Assembly: GCA_964344415.1 (NCBI GenBank)
Contig: CAYFMS010000001.1
Location: 100,214 to 164,213 of the forward strand
DNA length: 64,000 bases
Direction: 5' to 3'
Origin: an uncultured Gammaproteobacteria bacterium
GTDB taxonomy: Bacteria > Patescibacteriota > Patescibacteriia > UBA9934
A model generated the notes under the pieces. It saw nothing but the letters and a program-made list of their open reading frames with translations, ran no database searches and had not been told where the DNA came from. Each line of letters starts with the position of its first letter. The first letter of the stretch is position 1. Position numbers and translations under genes: made by a program. Below, piece after piece: positions 8,876-18,139 of this stretch.

Positions 8876-9313
8876 TTATTGCGTTGCTGTGAGAATGGAC
8901 CGAATCACGAATTCTGTAATTGCCCAAGCGGTAAGAATAATGGCAAGGCCAACAAGTCCAGCAATGAGCATGCGCTTTGCCTCGGCAACCTTGTCGTCAT
9001 TTCCGCCAGCGGTCATCCACTTGAATCCACCCATGAGTGTTACCACGACAGCGATAATTCCAAGGAATCCAATCACGACACGAATGAGATTTCCTGCCGT
9101 CGATTCAAGATCAGCAGAACCAAGTCCTGTAGCACTTGTAAAGTCATCACTCAAAAGATCATCAGCTGTGAGCGGACCTGAGTCGCTTCCAGTTGTTGTT
9201 GGGACGGGATCACCAAGCTGCGCCGACGCAGGTGATACAAAGAAACTAAATGCACTGAGTGCAATGAGAAGGCTCATTGCGCCATAGAGAGAGTAACGTA
9301 GGAAACTCGTCAT
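8876..9313 (-). CDS. TrbC/VirB2-family pilin-like protein (paralog 4)
   Basis: FKWMTAGGNDDKVAEAKRMLIAGLVGLAIILTAWAITEF. Confidence 0.6.
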   Translation of the reverse strand: MTSFLRYSLYGAMSLLIALSAFSFFVSPASAQLGDPVPTTTGSDSGPLTADDLLSDDFTSATGLGSADLESTAGNLIRVVIGFLGIIAVVVTLMGGFKWMTAGGNDDKVAEAKRMLIAGLVGLAIILTAWAITEFVIRSILTATQ

Positions 9314-9331
9314 AGAAAAAGAATTAAGAAA

Positions 9332-10012
9332 CTAATTAGCGGGACCTGCTTCTCCGCCGACAAGAGGATTACCTGTTGTGACGGCAGTGAAGAGCGTATT
9401 GGTAGCAACGAATGCTGCTGCGATAATGATTATACCAAGCATTGCAAAAATGAGTACTTTCTTTGCTTTTGAAATCTGTGCATCATTTCCGCCAGCTGTT
9501 AGAAACATGAGTCCACCGAAAATGAACATGATAAGAGCAATGGCGCCCGTGAGGCCAAGAATACCCTGAATGATGCGCCCAAGGATTTCGCGGGGGTCGG
9601 ATGTTCCAAGAGGATTCACAAGTCCAACGGGAGCTGCAGAAATCGACCCTACTGTTCCTGATCCAGACGTGGGCGCGGACTGGACAACCGGAGCCGACGT
9701 CGTTGCTCCACATGAACTTGGATCATTTATACATGCTGCTTCGCAATCATCCGCCTCAACATCGACACATCCCTGCACGAGATTGGAACAAGCAAAGTAA
9801 TCTGTCTGAGGATCTAAGCCATCACAAATCTGCCCTGCGCCATAGACACTTGCATCTCCCGCATCCCCACAAACAGCTTCAGCTTGATTTTCACAATAGC
9901 CCGTGAAGTCTTGAGCGGAAACGATTAATGGAATGAGCATGGAAATAGCCATGAATAAAAGTGATAAAAATGACCATTTTATTGTAAAAAATCTTTGCAT
10001 CATATTATTCAT
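9332..10012 (-). CDS. TrbC/VirB2-family pilin-like protein (paralog 5) with a Cys-rich N-terminal insertion
   Basis: LMFLTAGGNDAQISKAKKVLIFAMLGIIIIAAAFVATN. The insertion carries about 11 Cys (CENQAEAVCGDAG...CEAACINDPSSCG). Confidence 0.55.
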   Translation of the reverse strand: MNNMMQRFFTIKWSFLSLLFMAISMLIPLIVSAQDFTGYCENQAEAVCGDAGDASVYGAGQICDGLDPQTDYFACSNLVQGCVDVEADDCEAACINDPSSCGATTSAPVVQSAPTSGSGTVGSISAAPVGLVNPLGTSDPREILGRIIQGILGLTGAIALIMFIFGGLMFLTAGGNDAQISKAKKVLIFAMLGIIIIAAAFVATNTLFTAVTTGNPLVGGEAGPAN

Positions 10013-10574
10013 TTTGTGTATTTATTAAACTTCCCGCCGTGTCACCTCCAGTTGCGCGATCAATCGTTTCCTCGATGGTAGAATCTCCGCTTGGCAAGCT
10101 TCCTGTCGGTGATGTCAAAACACTAATGACAATATTCACAATGGCATAGGCGGACAATACAATCACAAGTCCAATGAATGCATCGCGCAGCGTATGAAGT
10201 CCTTTTTGAATTTTCGTTTGATTCCCTCCACTTGTGATCCAAGTTAGTCCACCAATGATAAAAACAAGCAAGAGAATACCTCCTGTTATTCCAAAGAGGA
10301 ATGTTTGAATGTTCACAGCAATTTGAAAGAGATCCTGAATGCTACATTTTCCCTTTTCATCACATTCCGTTGAGAGATTATAACGAATGAGTCCGCTTCT
10401 AATGAGCTGTGTAAAACGTGGTACCGTTACTGACTGTTCAATTTGATTCCCTGCGAGACCCGTTGTTGGTGGTGCTGTGACATCGGTTTGCGCATGGGCA
10501 TTTAAAGCGAAAAACAACAGCGAGCATAGTATGCTGACTAAAAAAATACGATATGTATAACGTATAAAACTCAT
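10005..10574 (-). CDS. TrbC/VirB2-family pilin-like protein (paralog 6, divergent)
   Basis: LTWITSGGNQTKIQKGLHTLRDAFIGLVIVLSAYAIVNI; signal peptide MSFIRYTYRIFLVSILCSLLFFALNAHA. Confidence 0.5.
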   Translation of the reverse strand: MSFIRYTYRIFLVSILCSLLFFALNAHAQTDVTAPPTTGLAGNQIEQSVTVPRFTQLIRSGLIRYNLSTECDEKGKCSIQDLFQIAVNIQTFLFGITGGILLLVFIIGGLTWITSGGNQTKIQKGLHTLRDAFIGLVIVLSAYAIVNIVISVLTSPTGSLPSGDSTIEETIDRATGGDTAGSLINTQNE

Positions 10575-10579
10575 CTGGA

Positions 10580-10860
10580 AATCATTATAGCGTAGATGGG
10601 TTGTCGGGAGTAGGGCATTGTTACGGATTTACGGATGGTGCGGATTATCGGTTGCACAGTTGACGACAAGTCTATTCGTGACTCATAAATAGACTTGTCG
10701 TCATCCCGAGCGAATGCGAGGGATCTCTCACAGTATCTGTTTATGTTTCATAAACCAAGATACCGTGTCATCCCGGACAGAGCGAAGCGGAGATCCGGGA
10801 TCCATCAGCAACCGTCATGCCGGATCTAGTCCGGCATCCCCTGTTTTTTTCTTCTTACTT
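10580..10860. repeat. copy of the dispersed modular repeat family (modules gatttacggatggt, cagttgacgacaagtct plus nested hairpin, and the gtcatccc...38-mer) with a terminal hairpin and T-run
   Basis: The 14-mer at 10626-10639 is identical to 16024-16037. The 38-mer at 10781-10818 is identical to 61738-61775. A 14-bp perfect IR, gacgacaagtctat/atagacttgtcgtc, lies at 10663-10703. Hairpin gccggatctagtccggc at 10819-10835. Confidence 0.65.
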
Positions 10861-10879
10861 TTCTTTAAAGAAAAGTAAG
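10854..10879. repeat. 26-bp perfect palindrome cttacttttctttaaagaaaagtaag
   Basis: The 13+13 arms are exact reverse complements. Confidence 0.8.
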
Positions 10880-10936
10880 CAAAAGAACGCCGCCAGTGCT
10901 CGCTTTGTCACATGCATAGAGCGTCATCGCTCGGGC

Positions 10937-11008
10937 AAAACAGAGAGTAGGAATGTCCTTATTTTTCTTGATACAATCATGCGTTCATTCCTATCGGCTG
11001 TTTTGCAA
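10937..11008. repeat. interrupted ~20-bp inverted repeat (gcaaaacag-agag-taggaatg ... cattccta-tcgg-ctgttttgc)
   Basis: Both arm segments are exact reverse complements, separated by a ~30-nt loop. Confidence 0.6.
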
Positions 11009-11167
11009 TTCCTCGCTCTTGCCGTATGCAGTGTGACAGTCTCACAGGTGGCGGCAGATTCGGAATAAAGGATATTAGGTAAATATTGGTCGCGCAGTGA
11101 GCATGGAAAGGTTGAACCTTGTGACCTCCCAGCTACACCCCAAACCCTACTCCCTACACCCTAATAG

Positions 11168-12547
11168 CTAATATGTCTGACTGATTTTTCTTTCCGCCAA
11201 ATCCAGCGCATCCTCCGGATCCTCTACGTCAAGATAGGCATCAATGAGTTCAAGAATGGCCGCTTCGGCGCGATCCCAGTCCTCGCCCATATACCAACCA
11301 TCTGCCAACAGCACTTGCTCGGCAAATACACCAAGAACTTCATCGTCGAGCTGGGACCCGATAAGTTTTGGATGCGCCGTTGGCTTTTCAGCCTTTGCAA
11401 GGAAGCTCGCCACCTGCTCTTCGCTTGTAGCAAATAAGAGAAAATCCCATGCCCAATCACTGTAGCGACTATTCGACGCGACGACTTCAATCCAATAATT
11501 TGCGAAATGCACTTGTTTCGAACCGGCAATTTGCGGCAAATGCGTCACTTCGTAATTCAATCGAGGTGCCGATGTCCGAATAAGTGGATTGTGATATGCA
11601 TAGCCAAAGAAGAATGCTGTTTGACCGTTTGCGAAAGCTTCAAAAGAATTCGGGCTATCTTCCGTCCATGTATAAACCTCTTTCACTGGGTTAGCAAAAT
11701 CCGTATAGAATGAAAGTGCATCAAGTGCCGGAATATTCCGACCCGCCTCGGTATTAATGGTATTCGTAAGGTCAACACGACCACGATCATCCACCATCTG
11801 AACACCCGCCTGCATCATAATGACAGACAAAAGGTCCGCCGCTCGCTCTACATTGTATGCCGTACCAAGGGCAGCTCCTGACTGATCTACCTCGCCCGTC
11901 GAGTCAAAGCTCGTTAATTCGACAACTTGATTCTGAAAATCTGTCCATGTTTCCGGCGGCGTTGGGATGCCGGCCGCTCCAAGCAAATCTTTATTGTAAT
12001 AAAGCGCAAGCGTATCGAGAGAAAGCGGAAGTCCGGCAACAACATCTACCGTCCCCTCCTGTGTTTGCACTGGAATGACAACATCATCGATGACCTGATC
12101 AACATATCGATCACCGAGCTGACGCATATTAAGTGTCGGTTTGGTTTGATTCACAAATACAACCTCTCTGCGAAGGGTGCCACGTACTTGCTGCTCAGAA
12201 ACGGTGACCTGTGATGGCATTGGGTCAATGAGATTTGCAAATTCACCTATCTTTGTATTCTGAATTGTGAAGATGTCCGGGCCTCGATCCTCCGCAAGGG
12301 CGCGAATCAATTCTTCTTCATATTCTTCAAAAAGCAACTTTCTGTATTCGATCTGAACATTCGGGTGACGCGCTTCATAGGCCGCAATAATATCGCGAAA
12401 GTCATCTTCACCCTCGAAAACTCGCCAATAACGTAAGACAATTTGCTCATCTGCCGGACTTGCATTTCCACCACCAAAACACCCAGCCCCTATCAAAACA
12501 AGCGACAGAGCTATGATGGACAATTTAAAAAAGGATTTTATTTGCAT
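11168..12547 (-). CDS. extracellular solute-binding lipoprotein (ABC transporter SBP, family-1-like); orphan, with no adjacent permease
   Basis: Signal peptide with LIGAGC lipobox; 459 aa; overall SBP_bac_1-like composition. Confidence 0.5.
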   Translation of the reverse strand: MQIKSFFKLSIIALSLVLIGAGCFGGGNASPADEQIVLRYWRVFEGEDDFRDIIAAYEARHPNVQIEYRKLLFEEYEEELIRALAEDRGPDIFTIQNTKIGEFANLIDPMPSQVTVSEQQVRGTLRREVVFVNQTKPTLNMRQLGDRYVDQVIDDVVIPVQTQEGTVDVVAGLPLSLDTLALYYNKDLLGAAGIPTPPETWTDFQNQVVELTSFDSTGEVDQSGAALGTAYNVERAADLLSVIMMQAGVQMVDDRGRVDLTNTINTEAGRNIPALDALSFYTDFANPVKEVYTWTEDSPNSFEAFANGQTAFFFGYAYHNPLIRTSAPRLNYEVTHLPQIAGSKQVHFANYWIEVVASNSRYSDWAWDFLLFATSEEQVASFLAKAEKPTAHPKLIGSQLDDEVLGVFAEQVLLADGWYMGEDWDRAEAAILELIDAYLDVEDPEDALDLAERKISQTY

Positions 12548-13413
12548 ACTCCGTCTCGAATATATTTGCGCAGTCCATTCCTTACCTCTGGATGCTTAAG
12601 GCCAAGTTCAATTTGCGCAATAATGAATTGCAATTTATTTCCGCAGTCATAGCGTGTGCCATCTAGTGTGCGACCATATGCCACCTTCCCCGATTTTAGA
12701 TGCGTAATAAAAGCGTCAGCCAATCGTATTTCCCCGCCCTTCCCTGGTTTTTGCGTCTTTAAAATATTCAAAATATCTGGCGTGATGACATATCGACCAA
12801 TAACCGCCTGATTGGAAGGGGCCTGCTTTATGCTTGGTTTTTCAACAAATTGATCTATTTGCCAAACCTTTTGATTCACACGTACGCCGCCAATAACGCC
12901 GTAGCGTGTTACATCCTTTCTCGGAACCTCTTCAACGGCAATAACAGGATCGCCAAATTTTTCATATACATCGATGAGCTGTTTGATTCCTGATTTACGT
13001 GGGTTATAAATAATGTCGTCACCAAAAAGAACAGCAACCGGCTCATCTGGATCGATAAATGGCATGGCAGATAAGAGCGCATGTCCATCACCAAGTGGCT
13101 TTGGCTGGCGAACAAAAGCAAATTTCGCGAGCTTTCCAATTTTCTTTACACCCTCGAGCGCTTCTTTTTTCTTTTTCTGCTCAAGCCGATATTCGAGCTC
13201 AAAATTTCTATCAAAATGATCTTCAATGGCACGTTTACCAAGTGCGGTAATAAAAATAATTTCTTCAATACCAGCCGCAACAGCCTCTTCAACGACATAT
13301 TGAATCACTGGCTTGTCGACAACGGCTAGCATTTCTTTGGGCTGTGCTTTTGTTGCAGGGAGGAATCGCGTTCCCATGCCTCCAACGGGGATAATCGCTT
13401 TTCGAACTTTCAT
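12538..13413 (-). CDS. galU: UTP--glucose-1-phosphate uridylyltransferase
   Basis: KAIIPVGGMGTRFLPATKAQPKEMLAVVDKPVIQYVVEEA is the canonical GalU N-terminus. Confidence 0.85.
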   Translation of the reverse strand: MKVRKAIIPVGGMGTRFLPATKAQPKEMLAVVDKPVIQYVVEEAVAAGIEEIIFITALGKRAIEDHFDRNFELEYRLEQKKKKEALEGVKKIGKLAKFAFVRQPKPLGDGHALLSAMPFIDPDEPVAVLFGDDIIYNPRKSGIKQLIDVYEKFGDPVIAVEEVPRKDVTRYGVIGGVRVNQKVWQIDQFVEKPSIKQAPSNQAVIGRYVITPDILNILKTQKPGKGGEIRLADAFITHLKSGKVAYGRTLDGTRYDCGNKLQFIIAQIELGLKHPEVRNGLRKYIRDGVCK

Positions 13414-13462
13414 ACATGCGCATTATAGCGCAGTACATAAAATGTTACGAAGCGCACCTGAA

Positions 13463-14539
13463 TTACTTCCCGAGTTTTTCTTTGAATGCCTTCACGTACG
13501 GAATAAATTGCGGCTCAACATTGTTAAGCATTGCTAGATAATATGAAAGATAGCTCCCGAATTGTAGAAGCTCTGCCTGTTCTTCAAATTCCGTTTTCCC
13601 CCGAGCCATATAGTCAATAACCTGACCGCCCTGTTTTTCAAAAATTTCCGCTGTTAAATCAAAACGTTTCTGTACGCGCTTATTGTAAAGATCACTCCGT
13701 AGCATCAATACGGTGAATTTCCCAAAAAATCCCTTTGGATATGTCAGCCCTTCCAAAAAGTGGTGATTCAGTTCAGGCAATTCCATGAATGTACAGTATT
13801 GCTTTGCTGTTTCATTGATTTGATTCTGAATAATATGAGCATTCCCCGCCAAATGCTCGCTTCCTACCACTAAGACAGCTCTGCCCTTTAATTCATCTGC
13901 GACGATTTTTGCCGGATTGTCTTTTGCAGGAACATCGATGAGGCATGACTGAATAACATCGCCCATTGCAGACATCATCAATCGAATATCTTTTTTGCTT
14001 ATCTTTATGAGCTTCAAACTTTTCAGCATCGCTGCAATGCCAGCAAAAGAAAATCCAATTCCGAGCCGAGGCTGCGCGGCGATGTCTCCTGGATCGAAGA
14101 TATATTGCGGAATTTTATGACGCCTTGCGAATGCAGCAAGCTTTCCGCCGGAAGAGATCGTGATAATTTTCGCCTTTTTCTTAAGCGCCTCTTTCCCGGC
14201 AGCCAGTACCTCTTCCGTATTCCCAGAAAAACTAGACAAAATAACCAAGGTCTTCGCATTTACATACCCCGGAACATGGTAACCATGCACGATTTCAAAT
14301 GGGACCTTTCTCGTTTTAAATGATCCTTGCGCAATCATATACGGCGCCAAATGAGAACCACCCATTCCGACGAGAACAATGCGTTCTATGCGCTGATAGC
14401 TCACTGGGAATTTGACCTGCGAAGCCCCTTCCCATGCAATATCAAATTGGCGGGGCATATTTTCAAGCCCAAAATTAATATCTTCTTTATCGTATGTATT
14501 ATACGTTTTTTCGCTATCAAGTTTATGCTTCTTTGACAT
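13463..14539 (-). CDS. bifunctional phosphoglucose/phosphomannose isomerase (SIS-domain PGI/PMI family)
   Basis: Double SIS-domain pattern (VLVGMGGSHLAPYMI...; ...SFSGNTEEV). Start at ATG 14539 with GGGGAG 4 nt upstream. Confidence 0.65.
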   Translation of the reverse strand: MSKKHKLDSEKTYNTYDKEDINFGLENMPRQFDIAWEGASQVKFPVSYQRIERIVLVGMGGSHLAPYMIAQGSFKTRKVPFEIVHGYHVPGYVNAKTLVILSSFSGNTEEVLAAGKEALKKKAKIITISSGGKLAAFARRHKIPQYIFDPGDIAAQPRLGIGFSFAGIAAMLKSLKLIKISKKDIRLMMSAMGDVIQSCLIDVPAKDNPAKIVADELKGRAVLVVGSEHLAGNAHIIQNQINETAKQYCTFMELPELNHHFLEGLTYPKGFFGKFTVLMLRSDLYNKRVQKRFDLTAEIFEKQGGQVIDYMARGKTEFEEQAELLQFGSYLSYYLAMLNNVEPQFIPYVKAFKEKLGK

Positions 14540-15707
14540 AAAGCTCCCCATTTTTAATTGCTTTTGTTATATCCATGCGCTTTGATACATCACCAATAAG
14601 CACCGCCCCTACCGTTTTTCCATTCCGCTCAAACAATTCCAAACTCGATGTATCTGTCAGGCTCGATTGTACCAAGTTATCCGCCTGCTTGCGATCAACA
14701 TCACCGACAAAAGCAATGTTCATTCCTAGTACATCCGTCGCATATGATGAAACAAGGCTGAATGGCGTTTGGTTACCCGTCATTGTTTTAGCAACAACCC
14801 GTGCCTGCATTTGCGCATTCATCCAATTCCCATATTTTACTTTGCGACCGACATGCGTATCGAAAAATTCCGCTATATCTCCCGCGGCATATACATGTTC
14901 AACATTTGTTTCCAAAAATTCATCCGTTAATACGCCAGAAGAGCTTTCAATTCCCGCGTCTTCAAATAGTTTATGGTCGGCATGTATACCAATTCCCACT
15001 CCTAAGATTTTTGCATCGACTTTTTTCCCATCCGGCAATTCAATTGCTTCGAGTTCATCATCGCCGATGAGTGTAAAATCAGGGATTCCTGTTAATACGT
15101 CAAAGCCATGGGATTCTATATGACGAATCAATACATCGGATGATTCTTTGCTTAAAATGCGTGACCAAAACTGATCTGACCGCATAAATACACTCGCCGC
15201 CACGCCATGCTTTTGAAACATGTTGAGATATTCGAGCGTAATAAATCCCCCGCCATAAATTGCGGCATTACGATCGCTTTCAGGTAGTGTTTTTATTCGA
15301 GCAAGAAGCTCAACCATGTGGTCAGCATCGGCAAGCGTGTAAAAATAAGCAACTCCTGGCTTGTCTTCATGAATGAGATTTACATCCCCACCCGTTGTAA
15401 TGAGCAGTCTGTCGTAAGGGATTTCACGGCCTTCACTTGTTTCGACGAATTGATTTTCTGTATCGATCTTCGTTGCGCGCACGCCTCGCATATATTCAAT
15501 TCCCTGATCCGCATACCAATGTTCTTTTTTGAGGAATACCTTCTCTCGCGGTATTTTCCCTTCAACATAATGCGGCAAAAGCACCCTTGAATAGAGTGCC
15601 TGATCTTCAACCCCGATTAATGTTACCTCGGCTTCAGATTCGATTTTTTTAATCTCTTCTGCGGCTGTTGTCCCCGCTATTCCAGCGCCAATGATCACGT
15701 AGCGCAT
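14523..15707 (-). CDS. FAD-dependent pyridine nucleotide-disulfide oxidoreductase (ferredoxin/rubredoxin reductase-like)
   Basis: MRYVIIGAGIAGTTAAEEI Rossmann motif and a second GGGFITLEY dinucleotide motif. Start at internal ATG 15707, which abuts the ferredoxin gene. Confidence 0.75.
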   Translation of the reverse strand: MRYVIIGAGIAGTTAAEEIKKIESEAEVTLIGVEDQALYSRVLLPHYVEGKIPREKVFLKKEHWYADQGIEYMRGVRATKIDTENQFVETSEGREIPYDRLLITTGGDVNLIHEDKPGVAYFYTLADADHMVELLARIKTLPESDRNAAIYGGGFITLEYLNMFQKHGVAASVFMRSDQFWSRILSKESSDVLIRHIESHGFDVLTGIPDFTLIGDDELEAIELPDGKKVDAKILGVGIGIHADHKLFEDAGIESSSGVLTDEFLETNVEHVYAAGDIAEFFDTHVGRKVKYGNWMNAQMQARVVAKTMTGNQTPFSLVSSYATDVLGMNIAFVGDVDRKQADNLVQSSLTDTSSLELFERNGKTVGAVLIGDVSKRMDITKAIKNGELYVKEA

Positions 15708-15708
15708 A

Positions 15709-15975
15709 TTACATTTCCGGGTAGAGCTGATTCCCCTCCTCATCGATCACGAAAACGGCAAGCGTTGGGCATGACTGCGCCGCTAAAATGATTTCATCTT
15801 TTTCATCTTCCGTTACTTCCATTTCGCGCTCATAGCTTGGACCTCCCGGCGCCTCACCATGATCAAGAACTTCCGCCTTATTTTCTTCGTTTAATACGAA
15901 TGTGCTCGGCGAAATTGTTACGCAACTCGCTGCGCCAATGCATAAATCAGGATCGACAATAACTTTTATTTTCAT
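15709..15975 (-). CDS. ferredoxin (single-cluster 3Fe/4Fe-4S type)
   Basis: CIGAASC...SCP cysteine pattern; 88 aa; the overlap with the reductase start suggests an operon. Confidence 0.7.
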   Translation of the reverse strand: MKIKVIVDPDLCIGAASCVTISPSTFVLNEENKAEVLDHGEAPGGPSYEREMEVTEDEKDEIILAAQSCPTLAVFVIDEEGNQLYPEM

Positions 15976-15989
15976 ACATGTAAGAGTTT

Positions 15990-16236
15990 AGCAGAGATTG
16001 TGTAGAAGTTACAGATTTACGGATGGTACGGATATACGGATTTAGGTGTGAAGGAGATAAAGGAGACTTATGAGATTGAGGAGATTCGGATCGCGAAGGA
16101 TATTGGATGAACTCGGTCGCGCAGTGAGTTAGATGAGATTTGTTTGAAGTTCGAGGACCGGAGTAAGCCGTACTGAAAGGTACGGTGTTGAGGACCAGAG
16201 AACTGAGGACAAAGATCGTTAACTCACAAGCGACTT
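15990..16236. repeat. copy of the dispersed modular intergenic repeat family
   Basis: Contains gatttacggatggt (16024-16037), gcgaaggatattggatgaa (16091-16109), ggtcgcgcagtgag (16113-16126, identical to 11088-11101) and gaggaccag motifs. C-poor on the plus strand. Confidence 0.6.
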
Positions 16237-16908
16237 CTAGCCAAAATATTTTTCTTTGTAGAATCTGACTAACTCTTCTACCGCCGGCAGCACCCCCGGA
16301 TTCCCTACCCCAACTTTTGTTTTTTTCTGGACCAGCTCGAGGTTATGCGCACCCTCAAGAACAGCTTCCTCGATATCTTTGTCCGTCACTTTTGAAATTG
16401 GATCAATAATCCGACTTGCTTCAACCTCAACTTTCTCAACTTGGTCTGTTTTTCGGTAATAATCATTGATCGCACCTCGAAGCGCCTTATCGCAAAGAAC
16501 CGAACAGTGAAATTTTCGTGTCGGCAACCCACCAAGACGCTCCATAATATGCTGAGGTTTTATACTTCGGGCATCCTCAAGCGTCATTCCTCCATTCTCC
16601 GTTACCATCACCGAAGCCATGGATGTTGACGCAATCGCTGAACCACAACCAAATGTTTTCCATTTAAAATCAGTGATCTTTCCGTCCTCCACCTTTATCC
16701 AAACACGCAATTCATCACCACATGCCGGCGATCCAACCTTACCGATCGCATTAAACTCTCCCTCTTCCGGATCTCTATCTAAAAAATTCTTCGGATTAAA
16801 AAAATGTTCTTTTACCATGTCCGAATAAAACCATGATTGCTTTTTATCATGACTCACAACATCGCCTCCCATCCCTGTTTTTGCCTCTGCTTTATACCCC
16901 TTACTCAT
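16237..16908 (-). CDS. nifU: Fe-S cluster assembly scaffold protein (NifU/IscU-like with C-terminal extension)
   Basis: GSPACGDELRV...FGCGSAIASTS...FHCSVL matches the IscU three-Cys signature. Confidence 0.8.
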   Translation of the reverse strand: MSKGYKAEAKTGMGGDVVSHDKKQSWFYSDMVKEHFFNPKNFLDRDPEEGEFNAIGKVGSPACGDELRVWIKVEDGKITDFKWKTFGCGSAIASTSMASVMVTENGGMTLEDARSIKPQHIMERLGGLPTRKFHCSVLCDKALRGAINDYYRKTDQVEKVEVEASRIIDPISKVTDKDIEEAVLEGAHNLELVQKKTKVGVGNPGVLPAVEELVRFYKEKYFG

Positions 16909-18100
16909 AATATTTCGGATCTACTGATACGGGTGAGATTTTTCGCAGCTTCTCTACGATGCCCGGCAAATGATGCATAACATAATCAATATCTTCTCTT
17001 GTTGTTGATTTACCGAGTGTGAATCGAATGCTTCCATGTGCTACTTCATAAGGGAGTCCAAGCGCTAAAATAACATGGCTCGGGTCAAGTGAAGCGCTTG
17101 TGCATGCAGACCCTGTCGATGCATATATCCCCGCCGCGTCGAGATGCAACAGAAGCGCCTCTCCCTCAATATCCATGATTGATATATTCACATTATTTGC
17201 GAGTCGATGATCTTTCGATCCATTAAGCCGCGTTTTAGGAATTTCTTTTTGTATTCTTTCAATGAGCTCATCGCGCAGTGAACGAATTTGCTCCACATAT
17301 CCCTCTCGTTCTTCATTTGCAATGCGTGCAGCTTCACCAAACCCAACAATGCCGATAATATTTTCGGTTCCCGGACGGCGACCCATTTCTTGCGATCCGC
17401 CGAATTGAAGCGGTTGCATTTTCACCCCTCGTCTTACAAATAATGCACCAACGCCTTTCGGCCCATAAATTTTTGACGCATTAATCGTCAACAAATCAAC
17501 ATGAAGCGCATCAACTCTCATTTCCTGATCACCAAGCGCCTGACAGGCATCGGTATGGAAATATGGATATTGCTTATCACCCTTCCATTTTCGAATAGCA
17601 TTCCCAATTTCAGCAATCGGATTGACTGTTCCGATTTCATTATTAGCAAAAATGATAGAAACCAAAACCGTATCATCTCGTAATGCATTTAAAATATCTT
17701 TTGGATCCACACGACCATCTTTATCGACGTCGACATAGCTCACTTCAAAGCCTTCTTTTTTCTCAAGATGCTCAATAGATTCAAGTACAGCTGCATGCTC
17801 CGTTTTTGTCGTAACAATATGCTTGCCATAATCCGCATGTTTGCGTGCGATGCCAAGAATCGCCATATTATCCGACTCCGTTCCACCAGAAGTAAAAAAG
17901 ATTTCATCCGGCCGAGCATGGATTGCATTTGCAACCTTCAGGCGAGCTTCTTCGACGGCATCTTTCACCACCTTGCCTTTCATGTGAAAACTCGAAGGAT
18001 TTCCAAAATGCTCATCTAAAAATGGCTGCATTGCAGCCTGCACTCGTTTATCAATTGGCGTCGTTGCCGCATGATCTAAATATATTTCTCGCTTCTTCAT
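16901..18100 (-). CDS. nifS: cysteine desulfurase
   Basis: IYLDHAATTP...FTSGGTESDN...SKIYGPKG are class-V aminotransferase / NifS-IscS hallmarks. Confidence 0.85.
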   Translation of the reverse strand: MKKREIYLDHAATTPIDKRVQAAMQPFLDEHFGNPSSFHMKGKVVKDAVEEARLKVANAIHARPDEIFFTSGGTESDNMAILGIARKHADYGKHIVTTKTEHAAVLESIEHLEKKEGFEVSYVDVDKDGRVDPKDILNALRDDTVLVSIIFANNEIGTVNPIAEIGNAIRKWKGDKQYPYFHTDACQALGDQEMRVDALHVDLLTINASKIYGPKGVGALFVRRGVKMQPLQFGGSQEMGRRPGTENIIGIVGFGEAARIANEEREGYVEQIRSLRDELIERIQKEIPKTRLNGSKDHRLANNVNISIMDIEGEALLLHLDAAGIYASTGSACTSASLDPSHVILALGLPYEVAHGSIRFTLGKSTTREDIDYVMHHLPGIVEKLRKISPVSVDPKYYE

Positions 18101-18139
18101 ACGAGAAGCCTAGAAGAAACGGCGATCAAGGTCAACCGT

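Noticed and set aside
7653-10574. Possibility that the regularly spaced array is a CRISPR locus or other nucleotide repeat array.
   Set aside because: The repeating units are ~400-680-bp protein-coding paralogs with signal peptides and conserved amino-acid motifs. They are not short direct DNA repeats with spacers. No cas genes are present.
10817-11068. 83-aa plus-strand ORF.
   Set aside because: It spans the repeat, palindrome and inverted-repeat region. It has a low-complexity translation (FFSSYFSLKKSKQK) and no SD, so it is an artefact of the repeats.
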